64,000 bases of DNA, taken from contig NIVC01000199.1 in assembly GCA_002269645.1 (NCBI GenBank), forward strand, positions 558,001 through 622,000. The letters are read 5' to 3'. Below, piece after piece: positions 1-26,500 of the stretch. Under the pieces are notes generated by a model that was not told the DNA's origin, searched no databases, and saw only the letters and a list, made by a program, of their open reading frames with translations. Every line of letters begins with the position of its first letter. The stretch's first letter is position 1. Made by a program: the position numbers and the translations under genes. This DNA is from Macrostomum lignano (taxonomy: Eukaryota).

Positions 1-270
<270 letters not shown>

Positions 271-436
271 TGTTCGCTTATCTTAGAAGTTTTGACGTAT
301 TGTAAGAGAGCATTATTTATTTCGCATTTGCGCAATCTAGTTTTTTGTCTTTTTTATACTCACTACTGTAAGTAGCGAGTTAGTTTGTAGCGTCAATTTT
401 TTGCAGTTGATGTTTATTAAATTCTTTAATCCGCAG

Positions 437-13681
<13,245 letters not shown>

Positions 13682-14129
13682 GTCACCAAAGCCGCAAAAA
13701 CAGTCTGTTAGTCTTTGTTCAAGAAAGCTTATTATCAGTTTAGTAAATGTTTGGCACAAGACTTGCTTAAAAAGATTTCCCTTGAGTGTTTAAGTGCGTT
13801 ATGTACTACTAATTCAGAATGGTTCGCATATAATAGTATTCAAGATTTTATATTGCTATATCCGAGTCTTAATGGCTTATAAGCGGTTGTGTTATATTAA
13901 TATTTTAGTCTTTGTTTGTGCAGCATTTTCTGTTTTATTTGTTACTCAACTGAAAGAAACTTAAAAAATCTGAATCTCCACCAAAACTTGTCTAACAAAA
14001 AGTTTCCGCTGTTAGCGTTTGCGATGAGCTAAAATATAATTTGAAAGCAGCTTGATATGCTTTGATTGCGTCACTGAGTGAGCAGTCTGAATGGCAAAAT
14101 TGTGTGTATGTGATCAAACAGTTTTCAAA

Positions 14130-15015
14130 ATGCAGATGGAGATAAACACAAATACAGATGGAGATAAACACAAATACAGATGGAGATAAACACAAATACA
14201 GATGGAGAGAAACACAAATACTGATGGAGAGAAACACAAATACAGATGGAGCTAAACACAAATACAGATGGAGAGAAACACAAATACAGATCGAGATAAA
14301 CACAAATACAGATCGAGATAAACACAAATACAGATCGAGATAAACACAAATACAGATGGAGAGAAACACAAATACAGATCGAGATAAACACAAATACAGA
14401 TGGAGAGAAACACAAATACTGATGGAGAGAAACACAAATACAGATCGAGATAAACACAAATACAGATCGAGATAAACACAAATACAGTTCGAGATAAGCA
14501 CAAATACAGATGGAGATAAACAGAAATACAGATCGAGATAAACACAAATACAGATGGAGAGAAACACAAATACTGATGGAGAGAAACACAAATACAGATC
14601 GAGATAAACACAAATACAGATCGAGATAAACACAAATACAGTTCGAGATAAGCACAAATACAGATGGAGATAAACAGAAATACAGAAGGAGAGAAACACA
14701 ACTACAGATGGAGATAAGCACAACTACAGATGGAGATAAACACAAATACAGAAGGAGAGAAACACAACTACAGATGGAGATAAACATAAATACAGATCGA
14801 GATAAACACAAATATAGATTGAGATAAACATAAATACAGATGGAGATAAACACGAATACAGATGGAGACAAACACAAATATAGATCGAGATAAACACAAA
14901 TACAGATGGAGATAAACACAAATATAGATCGAGATAAACACAAATATAGATCGAGATAAACACAAATACAGATGGAGATAAACACAAATACAGATGGAGA
15001 TAAACACAAATACTG
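14130..15015. repeat. 22-bp minisatellite ACACAAATACAGATGGAGATAA
   Basis: Intergenic, about 40 diverged copies. Confidence 0.95.
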
Positions 15016-15969
15016 AGAACCTGCATTGAACAGCCAGATCGACTCATTAGGGAAGGTATTTCTCATGTTAGTGAGGCTCGCGCCTTCCAGATTCTAGCTG
15101 GCGATGGAGCTGAAGTAGATCTTAGTCTATGTAGCCAGCCCAGACAAATTGTAAATTCCGATCAGCGATAACCATAGTGGGCCTCTGCTGTCCCAATGCC
15201 ACTGCTTCTTGTGAGATTGACAGCGAATTTGAGGTGGACAGGTTGATGTGGACAGCGAGCGAGATAGAGAATGGTGAGAGAGAGGATTCCCCCAAGATTT
15301 TACATCTTGAGTGAAAGGTTTAGAGGGTCAGAGGAAGAGATAGTGAGATGTTCAAAGTTGTGAGTGGGCTTGGGAGAGAAGAGGAGAGAGTTAGAGAAAG
15401 AGGGTGAGACATGCAGACAGAAAGATATGTAGGAAGAGACTTCAGTCTTCAACAGCCTGGAGATTCACCGCCCTTAGCGTTCGCGTGTGCGGTGGACTTT
15501 GCTACTTTCACCCTGGTTTCTAATCTGACGTGTTTCACTGCAATTTCTATTTGCAGTTGCATTGCAATGCTCATAAATCGTACTTGAAATATACATTCAG
15601 TTGCATATTGCAACCATGAGAGTCCCTTTGCAGTTGGGGCAGTCACTTTTGTGTGCCTTTTCGGCCGAGATACAGTAATGTACGTGTATGTTATCAACTT
15701 TTTTTCACTTTTACTTTTTAGTTTCAAACGAGTGCTGGTATAGCCAAAATGTTTGACCAAAGCTTTACAATCCAACATTTGTTGAAGGCGAATTCAAACA
15801 TTTCATTGTATTGAATAAATGGTTAAGGTCAATTCCCAAAGTTCAGAAAACGACGATGAACGAACACCTTTGCTGAGGTAAATAACTGAGTGCAACATAT
15901 TCTTATTGAAATCTGTTTTATCATACTGCAGCATATGAATTCAGGTGTAGATTAGCTGATCAGAATAGC

Positions 15970-18512
15970 TGAGTGACTCTCTCTGATCTGTAGGTCAGGG
16001 TGGATGGCACAGTGAGTGACTCTCTCTGTAGGTTAAGGTGGATGGCACAGTGAGTGACTCTGTAGGTTAAGGTGGATGGCACAGTGAGTGACTCTCTCTG
16101 TAGGTTAAGGTGGATGGCACAGTGAGTGACTCTGTAGGTTAAGGTGGATGGCACAGTGAGTGACTCTGTAGGTTAAGGTGGATGGCACAGTGAGTGACTC
16201 TGTAGGTTAAGGTGGATGGCACAGTGAGTGACTCTGTAGGTTAAGGTGGATGGCACAGTGAGTGACTCTGTAGGTTAAGGTGGATGGCACAGTGAGTGAC
16301 TCTGTAGGTTAAGGTGGATGGCACAGTGAGTGACTCTGTAGGTTAAGGTGGATGGCACAGTGAGTGACTCTGTAGGTTAAGGTGGATGGCACAGTGAGTG
16401 ACTCTGTAGGTTAAGGTGGATGGCACAGTGAGTGACTCTGTAGGTTAAGGTGGATGGCACAGTGAGTGACTCTGTAGGTTAAGGTGGATGGCACAGTGAG
16501 TGACTCTGTAGGTTAAGGTGGATGGCACAGTGAGTGACTCTGTAGGTTAAGGTGGATGGCACAGTGAGTGACTCTGTAGGTTAAGGTGGATGGCACAGTG
16601 AGTGACTCTGTAGGTTAAGGTGGATGGCACAGTGAGTGACTCTGTAGGTTAAGGTGGATGGCACAGTGAGTGACTCTGTAGGTTAAGGTGGATGGCACAG
16701 TGAGTGACTCTGTAGGTTAAGGTGGATGGCACAGTGAGTGACTCTGTAGGTTAAGGTGGATGGCACAGTGAGTGACTCTGTAGGTTAAGGTGGATGGCAC
16801 AGTGAGTGACTCTGTAGGTTAAGGTGGATGGCACAGTGAGTGACTCTGTAGGTTAAGGTGGATGGCACAGTGAGTGACTCTGTAGGTTAAGGTGGATGGC
16901 ACAGTGAGTGACTCTGTAGGTTAAGGTGGATGGCACAGTGAGTGACTCTGTAGGTTAAGGTGGATGGCACAGTGAGTGACTCTGTAGGTTAAGGTGGATG
17001 GCACAGTGAGTGACTCTGTAGGTTAAGGTGGATGGCACAGTGAGTGACTCTGTAGGTTAAGGTGGATGGCACAGTGAGTGACTCTGTAGGTTAAGGTGGA
17101 TGGCACAGTGAGTGACTCTGTAGGTTAAGGTGGATGGCACAGTGAGTGACTCTGTAGGTTAAGGTGGATGGCACAGTGAGTGACTCTGTAGGTTAAGGTG
17201 GATGGCACAGTGAGTGACTCTGTAGGTTAAGGTGGATGGCACAGTGAGTGACTCTGTAGGTTAAGGTGGATGGCACAGTGAGTGACTCTGTAGGTTAAGG
17301 TGGATGGCACAGTGAGTGACTCTGTAGGTTAAGGTGGATGGCACAGTGAGTGACTCTGTAGGTTAAGGTGGATGGCACAGTGAGTGACTCTGTAGGTTAA
17401 GGTGGATGGCACAGTGAGTGACTCTGTAGGTTAAGGTGGATGGCACAGTGAGTGACTCTGTAGGTTAAGGTGGATGGCACAGTGAGTGACTCTGTAGGTT
17501 AAGGTGGATGGCACAGTGAGTGACTCTGTAGGTTAAGGTGGATGGCACAGTGAGTGACTCTGTAGGTTAAGGTGGATGGCACAGTGAGTGACTCTGTAGG
17601 TTAAGGTGGATGGCACAGTGAGTGACTCTGTAGGTTAAGGTGGATGGCACAGTGAGTGACTCTGTAGGTTAAGGTGGATGGCACAGTGAGTGACTCTGTA
17701 GGTTAAGGTGGATGGCACAGTGAGTGACTCTGTAGGTTAAGGTGGATGGCACAGTGAGTGACTCTGTAGGTTAAGGTGGATGGCACAGTGAGTGACTCTG
17801 TAGGTTAAGGTGGATGGCACAGTGAGTGACTCTGTAGGTTAAGGTGGATGGCACAGTGAGTGACTCTGTAGGTTAAGGTGGATGGCACAGTGAGTGACTC
17901 TGTAGGTTAAGGTGGATGGCACAGTGAGTGACTCTGTAGGTTAAGGTGGATGGCACAGTGAGTGACTCTGTAGGTTAAGGTGGATGGCACAGTGAGTGAC
18001 TCTGTAGGTTAAGGTGGATGGCACAGTGAGTGACTCTGTAGGTTAAGGTGGATGGCACAGTGAGTGACTCTGTAGGTTAAGGTGGATGGCACAGTGAGTG
18101 ACTCTGTAGGTTAAGGTGGATGGCACAGTGAGTGACTCTGTAGGTTAAGGTGGATGGCACAGTGAGTGACTCTGTAGGTTAAGGTGGATGGCACAGTGAG
18201 TGACTCTGTAGGTTAAGGTGGATGGCACAGTGAGTGACTCTGTAGGTTAAGGTGGATGGCACAGTGAGTGACTCTGTAGGTTAAGGTGGATGGCACAGTG
18301 AGTGACTCTGTAGGTTAAGGTGGATGGCACAGTGAGTGACTCTGTAGGTTAAGGTGGATGGCACAGTGAGTGACTCTGTAGGTTAAGGTGGATGGCACAG
18401 TGAGTGACTCTGTAGGTTAAGGTGGATGGCACAGTGAGTGACTCTGTAGGTTAAGGTGGATGGCACAGTGAGTGACTCTCTCTGTAACATAGGTCAGGGT
18501 GGATGGCACAGG
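15970..18512. repeat. 34-bp near-perfect satellite GTGAGTGACTCTGTAGGTTAAGGTGGATGGCACA (over 70 copies)
   Basis: The printed lines recur every 1020 bp (30 units). Variant units occur only at the two ends. Confidence 0.98.
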
Positions 18513-18925
18513 GAGACATTTCGCCCTAAAAAGCTACTCAAGGTTTTCGTTTAGCCAACGACATAAAGAAAAAAGCATTCACGGCCGCTCTTATCGCGAA
18601 GTTCGACAGAGTTTGTGGTGATTCTTGATCTTTCGTCGATCGCCCAGCAATTTATGAGCAGAAATGTTTGATAACGCAATCTGTGTTGCTGGGCCTGCAA
18701 AGTTATAATGGCCAAGATTTTTTTATCAAGTTTGCACAGCGCGCTGGCTCAGATCTATGCGGCATTCGAGTCCTTTGCAGCCGCTATCTAATAATTAATT
18801 ATAGTTATAGCTAGCATTAATATCGCGACAAAGTTGCGCTGCCACAGAGAACTGGTAGAACCTCAGCTGCGGCAACTGACATCCATAGAAAAGTGCTATT
18901 GTAATTAATATTTTATTAAGCTAAA

Positions 18926-21900
18926 ATGAAGAGCGAAAATGCGACCTATCCAGCTGAATTCGCAATCGAGTAAGACTATTTAACTTTTTTCACGGAAATT
19001 CGTGTACTTAAAGTAGTATAACGCACGATATTGTCATGCATTAATGCACTTTACCTAGTGTACTGTTTATTGTCTACATAAGTTGTGACAGCACGCAGTT
19101 TACAGTTTACAGAGTAATAGCTCGTACTTCACTGAATTCTCATTTATAAACTTGCAGCAAAGATTCCGATGGCAAAGATGAGAAGCCAAAACTTCCTCCA
19201 GTTTCCATCGCGAAATTGGTGAGCTCGTGGGCTTTCTGTCCCCTTGTTTCCCTCTCTTCTGTCTCCCTCTCTTCTGTCTCCCTCTCTCTGTCTTCCTCTC
19301 TCTGTCTCCCTCTCTCTGTCTCCCTCTCCTTTATCTCCTTCTCCCGGTCTCCCCCTCCCTGTCTCCCTCTCCTTCTATCTCCCCCTCCCTGTCTCCTCCT
19401 CCCTGTCTCCCCCTCCCTGTCTCCCCTGCCTGTCTCCCTCTCCCTGTCTCCCTCTCCCTGTCTCCCTCGCCCTGTCTCCCTCTCCCTGTCTCCCTCTCCC
19501 TGTCTCCCTCTCCCTGTCTCCCTCTCCCTGTCTCCCTCTCTCTGTCTCCCTCTCCCTGTCTCCCTCTCCCTGTCTCCCTCTCCCTGTCTCCCTCTCCCTG
19601 TCTCCCTCTCCCTGTCTCCCTCTCCCTGTCTCCCTCTCCCTGTCTTCCCTCTTCCTGTCTCCCTCTCCCTCTCCCTGTCTCCCTCTCCCTGTCTCCATCT
19701 CCCTGTCTCCCTCTCCCTGTCTCCCTCTCCCTGTCTCCCTCTCCCTGTCTCCCTCTCCCTGTCTCCCTCTCCCTGTCTCCCTCTCCCTGTCTCCCTCTCC
19801 CTGTCACCCTCTCCTTGTCTCCCTCTCCCTGTCTCCCTCTCGCTGTCTCCCTCTTCCTCTCTCCCTCTCCCTGTCTCACATGCACGTCCTTGAAACGAAA
19901 TCCCAAATGTCTCCAAAATTATCCCCACCGCGTCTTCGCAGTTCCGCTTCGCCGACGGTCTGGACTGGCTTTGCATCGCCGCCGGATCGGCATTCGCCGC
20001 CGGCCACGGCTGCGGCTGGCCGCTGATCTCCGTGATCTTCGGCCAGATGACCAACGATTTCATCCGGCAGGGCACCCTGAACAGCAGCCAGCTGCCGTGG
20101 GCCAACGCCAGCGGTTTTGACTTCCTCGACTCCATGAACCGTTACGCCATCCAGTACAGCATTGTTGGTGCCTGCGTGTTCGCCGCCTCCGCTCTGCAGG
20201 TGGCGCTTTGGTCGCTGGCCTGCGAGCGGCAGGTGCACCGGATGCGACTCATGTTCTTCCGGTCAGTGAAGCGAGTTGCTTGAAAATTATTGTTTGTGGA
20301 AATATTGTCTGTGGCCGAGATGTAGAGCTTGTTTTTTTATTAATGTTTTGTTGAAATTCAGCGGAGACTTTGTGAGACTATAGGGAGAAGTAGGTAAAAC
20401 GGGAGAGGGAGACGGGAAGAGGGAGACAGGGAGAGGGAGACAGGGAGAGGGAGACAGGGAGAGGGAGACAGGGAGAGGGAGACAGGGAGAGGGAGACAGG
20501 GAGAGGGAGAGGGAGACAAGGAGAGGGAGATAGGGAGAGGGAGACAGGGAGAGATAGACAGGGAGAGGGAGAGGGAGAGAGGGAGAGGGAGACAGGGAGA
20601 GGGAGACAGGGAGAGGGAGACAGGGAGAGGGAGACAGGGAGAGGGAGACAGGGAGAGGGAGACAGGGAAAGGGAGACAGGGAGAGGGAGAGGGAGACAGG
20701 GAGAGGGAGATAGGGAGAGGGAGACAGGGAGAGGGAGATAGGGAGAGGGAGACAGGGAGAGATAGACAGGGAGAGGGAGATAGGGAGAGGGAGACAGGGA
20801 GAGGGAGACAGGGAGACAGGGAGAGGGAGAGGGAGACAGGGAGAGGGAGACAGGGAGAGGGAGACAAGAAGAGGGAGACAGGAAGAGGGAGACAGGGAGA
20901 GGGAGACAGGGAGAGGGAGACAGGGAGAGGGAGAGGGAGACAGGGAGAGGGAGACAGGGAGACAGGGAGAGGGAGACAGGAGCTCTACATTCGCCCTCTC
21001 CTTATACGAGCGTATAATCAAGCAAGCGAATAATATACTTGTCTTGTCTCCATACACTGATATGTAGCGCAGTAAACTTTATCTAGAAGCCTCTAAGTCT
21101 CACCCGCCCCCATGGCAGAGCGGTGCTCCGCCAGGAGATGAGCTGGTTCGATCAGCAGTCAAGCGGCGAGCTGACCACCCGACTTGCTGACGACCTGGAG
21201 AAGATCCGCGATGGCATCGGGGACAAGGTCAGCCTGTTGGCGCAGGCGGCGGCCGGTTTCTTCTCCGGGTTCATCATCGGCTTCTTCAAGAGCTGGCGCA
21301 TGACGCTGGTCATGATGTCGCTGACACCGCTGCTGGCCATCGGTGGCGGGCTACTGGGTCGCCTCATCAGCAGCATCAGCAGCCGGGAGCAGGAGGCCTA
21401 CGCCAAGGCTGGCGCGATAGCCGAGGAGACGATCAGCTGCGTGAAGACCGTCATGGCCTTCTGCGGGCAGGACGACGAAGAGAAGAGATACGCCGTGGAA
21501 CTGAAGAAGTCCATGAAGGAGGGCATTCGAAAGGTGGCAGAGTGTAGCACCTTTGATGTCATTTGATTTTTGCTTGTAAAAGTACCTTTGGTTGCTAAGG
21601 CTGGTATTAGTATCACCTTTGGTTGCTAAGGATAGTATTAGTATCACCTCAGGTTGCTAAGGCTAGTAATATAGTGTCAACGTTGGTTGCTAAGGTGTAT
21701 TCTGGTTGCTATCGTATTTCAATCGATCCTACACTGCAACATAACTAAGAACAACCGAACCCCCGCAGAGCATAATCATAGGCAGTGGAATCGGATTCGT
21801 CATGCTCGTGCTGTACTCGGCCTACTGCCTAGCGTTCTGGTACGGCGCCACCCAGGTGAAAGAGTGGCAGGAGAGTTTCGGTTTGAACGGCATCCCACCT

Positions 21901-23488
21901 GGAGACATTTTCACCGTGTTCTTCTGCGTCATGATTGGCAGCTTCTCGCTGGGCTTGGCCGGCCAGCCCTTCTCCCAGCTCATGTCGGCCAGGGGAGCCG
22001 CCGCCACCGTCTACGACATCATCGACCGGCGTCCCGTCATTAACGCCAGCGAGGAGTCGGCGGGAATGCGTCCGCCAGATGACGGTTGCCGAGGCGAGGT
22101 CAAATTTGACGGCGTGTCGTTCGCCTATCCGAACAGAACCGACGCCAAAGTTCTTAGCGGAGTGTCGTTCAGTATTCGGCCCGGGCAGAGGGTGAGGCAG
22201 ACAGAGGCATCGACCATTAGACAGACGCATCATCCATTAGATAGAGGCATCATCCATTAGATAGAGGCATCATCCATTAGATAGAGGCATCATCCATTAG
22301 ATAGAGGCATCATCCATTAGATAGAGGCATCATCCATTAGATAGGGGCATCGTCTATCAGACAGACGCATCATCCATTAGGCAGAGGCATCGACCATAAA
22401 ACAGAGGCATCGGCCATTAGACCTGAGGCATCGTCCATTAGACATACGCATCATCCATTAGACAGACACATCATCCATTTGACAGAGGCATCATCCATTT
22501 GACAGAGGCATCATCCATTAGACAGACGCATCATCCATTAAACAGAGGCATCATCCATTAGACAGACGCTTCATCCATTAGACAGACGCATCGTCCATTA
22601 GACAGAAGTATCATCCATTAGACAGAGATGTCACCTGCTCAATGTGGAAGTCAATAAAATATGCAAGGATCTAAATCTATCCAGTGAAACCGAATTTTCA
22701 CCCAGGTGGCCCTCACTGGACCCTCCGGCAGTGGAAAGTCGTCCATTGTGAAGCTGTTGCTGCGGTTCTACGACCCGCTGGAGGGCAGCGTACACTTGGA
22801 CGGACACGACTTGCGAGACTTGAATGCCGCCTGGTTGAGATCAAAGATTGGAGTCGTGTCTCAGGTGAAAATATTTTAAATAAATCATTTGTTACGTCAT
22901 TATTTTGTCACTTTATCATAGGAGCGTATAAAATGCTTCTATAGCTACTTATTTTGGGCCATTAGTAGTAAACAGTAGCCATTACTAGAGGTATGCCTGC
23001 CGTTCTTTCTATTTCTTCAACGGATTCTTCCAGTCAGATGCTTCTTGTCGTCCTTGAGTAGTTGCTAATTATTGAGTAGTGCAACTAATTCGAATGTCAC
23101 AAAATCAATACAGGAGCCGGTGCTTTTTGCCTGTTCAATCGCCGACAATGTCCGCATGGGACGGCCTGAGGCAACGATGTCGGAAATTGAAGATGCCTGC
23201 CGCCAGGCCAACGCGCACAACTTCATCTGCGGGTTGCCGGCCGGCTACGAGACGCTGGTTGGAGAGCGAGGCGCCCAACTGAGTGGCGGGCAGAAGCAGA
23301 GGGTTGCTCTGGCCAGAGCCCTCATTCGCAAGCCGGTGCTGCTGCTGCTGGATGAAGCAACTTCCGCGTTGGACTCGGAGAGCGAAGCAATTGTGCAGGC
23401 GGCCTTGGACAAGGCGTCTGAGAACACGACAACGCTTGTGGTGGCGCATCGGTGAGAGTTGAATTATCAGTTAGCTAGTTAGTTAGTC

Positions 23489-23535
<47 letters not shown>

Positions 23536-26500
23536 CAGTCAGTCAGTCAGTCAGTTAGTTAGTTAGTTAGTTTGTTTGTTTTTTAGTCAGTCAGTCAGTC
23601 AGTTAGTCAGTTAGTTAGTTAGTCAGTCAGTAACTTTGTTAGTTAGTTAATTAGTCAGTTAGTTAGTCAGTCAGTTAGTTAGTTATCAATGTTTTGTTAC
23701 CTCCAACTTCGCGCAGTCTGAGCACGGTGCGAAACGCCGACCTGATTCTGACGGTTAGCGAAGGCCGCATTCTGGAGGCTGGAACGCACGACGAGCTGAT
23801 GGAGCGCAGAGGTCTGTACCACCAGCTGGTGTCGCTGCAGGAATTCGCCGACGAAGCCGAGCAGGCGGGCCGCATGACCGGTGGGCAGGACTCCAGCCTG
23901 CTCAACGGCAGCGCCGCCAATGCCTCGGATACGGAGCAGCGTCGGCGAAGGACGTCAACGTCATTTAGTAAAACTGATCGAGTGGCAGTTGAGATCGTCG
24001 CCGGAGCGTGTGAGCTGCGGGCCTGGCTTCAGCATTGTCTTCTCTTCTGATCCCGATCCTGATCCCGATCCTGATCCCGATCCTGATCCCGATCCTGATC
24101 CCGATCCTGATCCCGATCCTGATCCCGATCCTGATCCCGATCCTGATCCCGATCCTGATCCCGATCCTGATCCCGATCCTGATCCCGATCCTGATCCCGA
24201 TCCTGATCCCGATCCTGATCCCGATCCTGATCCCGATCCTGATCCCGATCCTGATCCCGATCCTGATCCCGATCCTGATCCCGATCCTGATCCCGATCCT
24301 GATCCCGATCCTGATCCCGATCCTGATCCCGATCCTGATCCCGATCCTGATCCCGATCCTGATCCCGATCCTGATCCCGATCCTGATCCCGATCCTGATC
24401 CCGATCCTGATCCCGATCCTGATCCCGATCCTGATCCCGATCCTGATCCCGATCCTGATCCCGATCCTGATCCCGATCCTGATCCCGATCCTGATCCCGA
24501 TCCTGATCCCGATCCTGATCCCGATCCTGATCCCGATCCTGATCCCGATCCTGATCCCGATCCTGATCCCGATCCTGATCCCGATCCTGATCCCGATCCT
24601 GATCCCGATCCTGATCCCGATCCTGATCCCGATCCTGATCCCGATCCTGATCCCGATCCTGATCCCGATCCTGATCCCGATCCTGATCCCGATCCTGATC
24701 CCGATCCTGATCCCGATCCTGATCCCGATCCTGATCCCGATCCTGATCTTACGCTCTCTCTCCATCCCCAGTGACCGAGAATTCGAAGACAAAGGAGGAG
24801 ATGGAGAAGGCCAAACAGAAGGAGATGCTGGCCAACTCGCCGAGCTTTTTCGCCATTCTTCGAATGAACAAGCCCGAGTGGCCCTACATCCTGCTGGCCT
24901 GCGTTGGATCCCTCATCCTAGGCGGAGGAATGCCCCTGTTCGCCCTGTTCTTCTCCGAAGTGATTCGAGTATTTGGAAAGGTACTGATCGCCAGGGGCGT
25001 GGGGAGAGCGTTTGGGGAACATAGGCAGCTTTTGCGCGAGTGATATCCATGGTGCTGGCGCCCCTGGTGCTAAAGCCCCTGGTGCTGGCGCCCCGGGTGC
25101 TGGCGCCCCTGGTGCTGGCGCCCCTGGTGCTGGCGCCCCTGGTGCTGGCGCCCCTGGTGCTGGCGCCCCTGGTGCTGGCGCCCCTGGTGCTGGCGCCCCT
25201 GGTGCTGGCGCCCCTGGTGCTGGCGCCCCTGGTGCTAAAGCCCCTGGTGCTAAAGCCCCTGGTGCTAAAGCCCCTGGTGCTAAAGCCCCTGGTGCTAAAG
25301 CCCCTGGTGCTAAAGCCCCTGGTGCTAAAGCCCCTGGTGCTAAAGCCCCTGGTGCTAAAGCCCCTGGTGCTAAAGCCCCTGGTGCTAAAGCCCCTGGTGC
25401 TAAAGCCCCTGGTGCTAAAGCCCCTGGTGCTAAAGCCCCTGGTGCTAAAGCCCCTGGTGCTAAAGCCCCTGGTGCTAAAGCCCTGGTGCTAAAGCCCCTG
25501 GTGCTAAAGCCCCTGGTGCTAAAGCCCCTGGTGCTAAAGCCCCTGGTGCTAAAGCCCCTGGTGCTAAAGCCCCTGGTGCTAAAGCCCCTGGTGCTAAAGC
25601 CCCTGGTGCTAAAGCCCCTGGTGCTAAAGCCCCTGGTGCTAAAGCCCCTGGTGCTAAAGCCCCTGGTGCTAAAGCCCCTGGTGCTAAAGCCCCTGGTGCT
25701 AAAGCCCCTGGTGCTAAAGCCCTGGTGCTAAAGCCCCTGGTGCTAAAGCCCCTGGCTATTTTTGTAGGATATTGTCCGTTTTACACTGAAAAAGAATCGT
25801 TCTAACGCAGAAGTCAATCTCTAGTTACTACGATATTTTCACATTCTCCAGTTCGGAGACGAAATGCTGGCCGAAGCCACCTTCTGGGCGCTGATGTTCC
25901 TGGTCCTGGGCGCAAGCCAGTTTGTCGGCCACATCATCAGCGCGGCCGGCATGGGCATCTCCGGCGAGCGCCTGACCGCCAGGCTGAGGGCTGGCTATTT
26001 CCGTTCGATGCTACGCCAGGACATGAGCTTCTTCGACTCGCCGGACAATTCCGTTGGCGCGCTGACGACCAGACTTGCCTCTGACGCGTCCAGCGTTAAA
26101 GGCGCCGCTGGGGTTCGATTGGCGCTACCTCTGCAGGTATAGTAATTCCATTCGGTGCATGCCCAATACCACCAATAGCCCCATGTAACATTCTAAGAAC
26201 ATCCGTGTCACATTAGAACATCCGTGTTACATAAGCACAACCATGTCACATTAGAACATCCGTGTTACATAAGCACAACCATGTCACATTAAAACATCCG
26301 TATTACATAAGTACAACCATGTCACATTAGAACATCCGTGTCACATTGGAACATCCGTGTCACATTAGAACAAACGTGTCACATTAGAACATCCGTGTTA
26401 CATTGGAACATCTGCGTCACAATAGAGCATCCGCGTCATATTAAAAAACATTCGTCACATTGGAACATCCGTGTCACATTAGAACATCCGTGTCACATTA

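Noticed and set aside
15970-18512. CRISPR-like regular 34-bp periodicity
   Set aside because: The units are head-to-tail with no unique spacers, there are no cas genes, and the context is eukaryotic.
23881-25024. Poly-DP, poly-IG/IR and poly-ILIP ORFs of 275-329 aa
   Set aside because: These are frames of the (GATCCCGATCCT)n intron repeat between two well-supported ABCB exons.
25012-25731. Collagen/elastin-like GAPGA/GAKAP ORF
   Set aside because: The period is 5 aa rather than Gly-X-Y, it lies inside ABCB intron 9, and it derives from a 15-bp minisatellite.
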